Shown one piece after another: positions 61,718-64,000 of a stretch of 64,000 bases of DNA. A model generated the notes under the pieces. That model was not told the DNA's origin. It worked only from the letters and a program-made list of their open reading frames with translations, and made no database searches. This stretch comes from the human T2T-CHM13v2.0 reference genome, Homo sapiens, in the NCBI RefSeq assembly GCF_009914755.1, contig NC_060929.1; one strand, given 5' to 3'. The position numbers and the translations under genes were made by a program. Position 1 is the stretch's first letter. Every line of letters begins with the position of its first letter.

Positions 61718-64000
61718 ATAGAATAAAATGCCAAGGAAACAATAAAAAATTACTCTACATACAAAGAATCAGGAAATAGAACCAATTTTCAAAGAAAAAG
61801 GCAATCAATAGATGTCAGCTCCGGGATGACACAGATGTTGGGACTGGCAGAAAGAAACTTTAAAGCAGCTATTATAACTGTACTCCATGAGGTAAAGCCC
61901 TTTAATATTTCAAGTATGGAAAGATGAAAGTTCACAGCCCAGAAAAACTATTTTTTAAAAAATTAGAAAATTTAAAACTAAACAATACAATGTCTGAAAT
62001 TAAAATAAAACAATAGTGGAATGGTGATCACAGAGGAGGGTCATTCATTTGAAGACTGATTAATAAAGATTATATAATATGAATGATAGAGAGAAAAAAA
62101 GATGAAAAAGAGGAAGGTTTCAGGAACTTATGGGAAAATTATCAAAAGCTCAATGAAACCCAAACAGGTTAAATTAAAAGAAAACCACCCTCATACATAT
62201 CATAATAAAACTTGAAAACCAAACACTAAAAAAATTCAGGAGAGTAGTTAAGAGAAATGTGACATATTAACACAGGAAAATAATGACTCCAGTGACCATG
62301 GATTCCCCAACAGACACTAGGGAGGCCAAAAGCCACCGGAGTATCATCCTTAAAGTGCTGAAAGAAGGGCCGGGCGCGGTGGCTCACGCCTGTAATCCCA
62401 GCACTTGGGGAGGCTAAGGCGGGTGGATCACGAGGTCAGGAATTCAAGACAAGCCTGGCCAAGATGGTGAAACCCTGTCTCTACTAAAAATACAAAAAAA
62501 TTAGCTGGGTATGGTGACAGGCGCCTGTAATCCCAGCTACTCAGGAGGCTGAAGCAGAGAACTGCTTGAACCCGGGAGGCACAGGTTGCAGTGAGCCGAG
62601 ATCACACCACTGCACTCCAGTCTGGGCGACAGAGCGAGACTCTGTCTCAAAAAAAAAAAGTGCTGAGATAGGTATGTCTAGTGAAACTATCCTTCAGAAA
62701 TGAAAGTAAAATAAAGACATTTTCAGATGAAGGAAAGTAGGAAACTTTGTGGTCAGGAAGAAAGGCTACATTGGAAGTTCTTCAGGTTGAAAAGAAGTGA
62801 GCTGAGAAGAAAACTTGTATCTTCAGTAAAAAAGAAAGAGTGACAGAAATGGTAAATATCTGGATAAACATAATCAACACTTTTTCCCTTAAGATCTTTA
62901 AAATCTCAATGACCATTTAAAGCAAAAGTTGTCACATTGTCTGGTATGGTTTTTAATATATGTAGATATAATACATGTGATAGGCCAGGTGTGGTGGCTC
63001 ACACCTGTAATGCCAGCACTTTGGGAGGCTGAGGTGGGCGGATTGCTTGAGGCCAGGCAAGACCAGCCTGGCCAACATGGTGAAACCCTGTCTCTAGGCA
63101 TGAGAACTGCTTGAACCCAGGAGGCAGAGGTTGCAGTGAGCCAAGATCATACCATTGCACTTCAGCCTGGGCGACAGAGCAAGACTCTGCCTCAAAAAAA
63201 AAAAAACAAAACCAAAAACGTGACAATTATAACAAAATTGAGAAAGTATCAAGAAATTTACATGGTTGTAAAGGTACATTTTACTTAAAGAATTACAATA
63301 TCAACTCTAAATAGATGCTGAGATAGGTATGTATATTATAATGCCCCAGAGCAACCATTAAACACAAACACACACACACACATAAAATATAAACTAATTC
63401 ATGAATTAAAAAATAATACTAAAAATATTCAAATACTTCAAAAGGAGGTAGAAAAACAGGGAAGAGAGGAACAAAAACCAAAGGAGACAAAACAGGTAAT
63501 AATTTAATTAAATATAAATGCCATAAACACCTCTACTAAAAAACAAAGATTTTCAGATGGGATTAAAAAAAATGAAAGCACAACTATATGCTGTCAACAA
63601 GAAACCCATGTTAAATATAAAGATTTAGACAGGTTAAATTGAAAGGATGGGAAAAGATACTGTATGCAAACACTTATCAAAAGAAAGTAGGATTGGCTAT
63701 TTATTAGACAAGGTAGACTTCAGAACAAGGAATATTATCAGGAATAATGATGGGCATTATATAATTATAAAAGGAAGACTCAGTTCACTAAGAAAATATG
63801 ACTATTTTAGTCTTAGCTAAAGTCTAGGAGGCTGAGGAGGATCACTTGAGCCCAGGAGTTTGAGGGCACTCTGGGCAACATAGTTAGACTTCCATTGCAA
63901 AGAAAATAAACAAATAAATAAATAAAAGAAAATGTGACTATTTAAAATAACAAAATAATTTCAAAAATGTGAAACAAAAGCTGACAGAACTGAATGAGAA
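60450..64000 (+). mobile_element. Old L1M element: 5'UTR, decayed ORF1 and start of the ORF2 endonuclease, antisense to STK10; hosts Alus at about 60814-61103, 61381-61725, 62368-62659, 62982-63220, 63810-63930
   Basis: A-rich L1 composition. About 63500-63730 resembles the endonuclease motifs (TICC.QETH.KYKD..RL..KGW.KI..ANT.QKK.G), with frameshifts. Confidence 0.8.

Overview
Primate (very likely human) genomic DNA, dominated by Alu and other interspersed repeats. Two minus-strand protein-coding genes are recognisable from their translated exons. (1) The CpG-island promoter and first coding exon of FBXW11 (beta-TrCP2; MEPDSVIEDKTIELM, 772-816). (2) The last seven exons of STK10/LOK (C-terminal coiled-coil region, 305 aa, ending ...[11 protein letters not shown]), all with canonical GT-AG junctions and a consistent reading frame, plus a ~2.8-kb 3'UTR with two AATAAA signals. 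From memory this pair lies at human 5q35.1; I have not verified that here. The ~35-kb intergenic interval is almost all transposon relics. The largest is a ~14.7-kb degenerate ERVL-class provirus (LTR16-like LTRs, RT and integrase-region remnants) carrying nested L1, MLT1, Tigger4, a full-length THE1 element and many Alus. I found no prokaryote-type system (CRISPR, operon) and no convincing novel protein-coding gene; nearly all other ORFs in the track are Alu- or GC-derived noise. The best second-look items are: alternative polyadenylation that would include or exclude an inverted Alu pair in the STK10 3'UTR; a 167-bp templated insertion inside a THE1 LTR; a TSS-dependent overlapping uORF of FBXW11; a 93-nt symmetric STK10 exon matching SLK's regulated cassette exon; and a short orphan polyadenylated insertion with a TSD. 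Repeat subfamily names are from recognition by eye and repeat boundaries are approximate unless a TSD or terminus is quoted.
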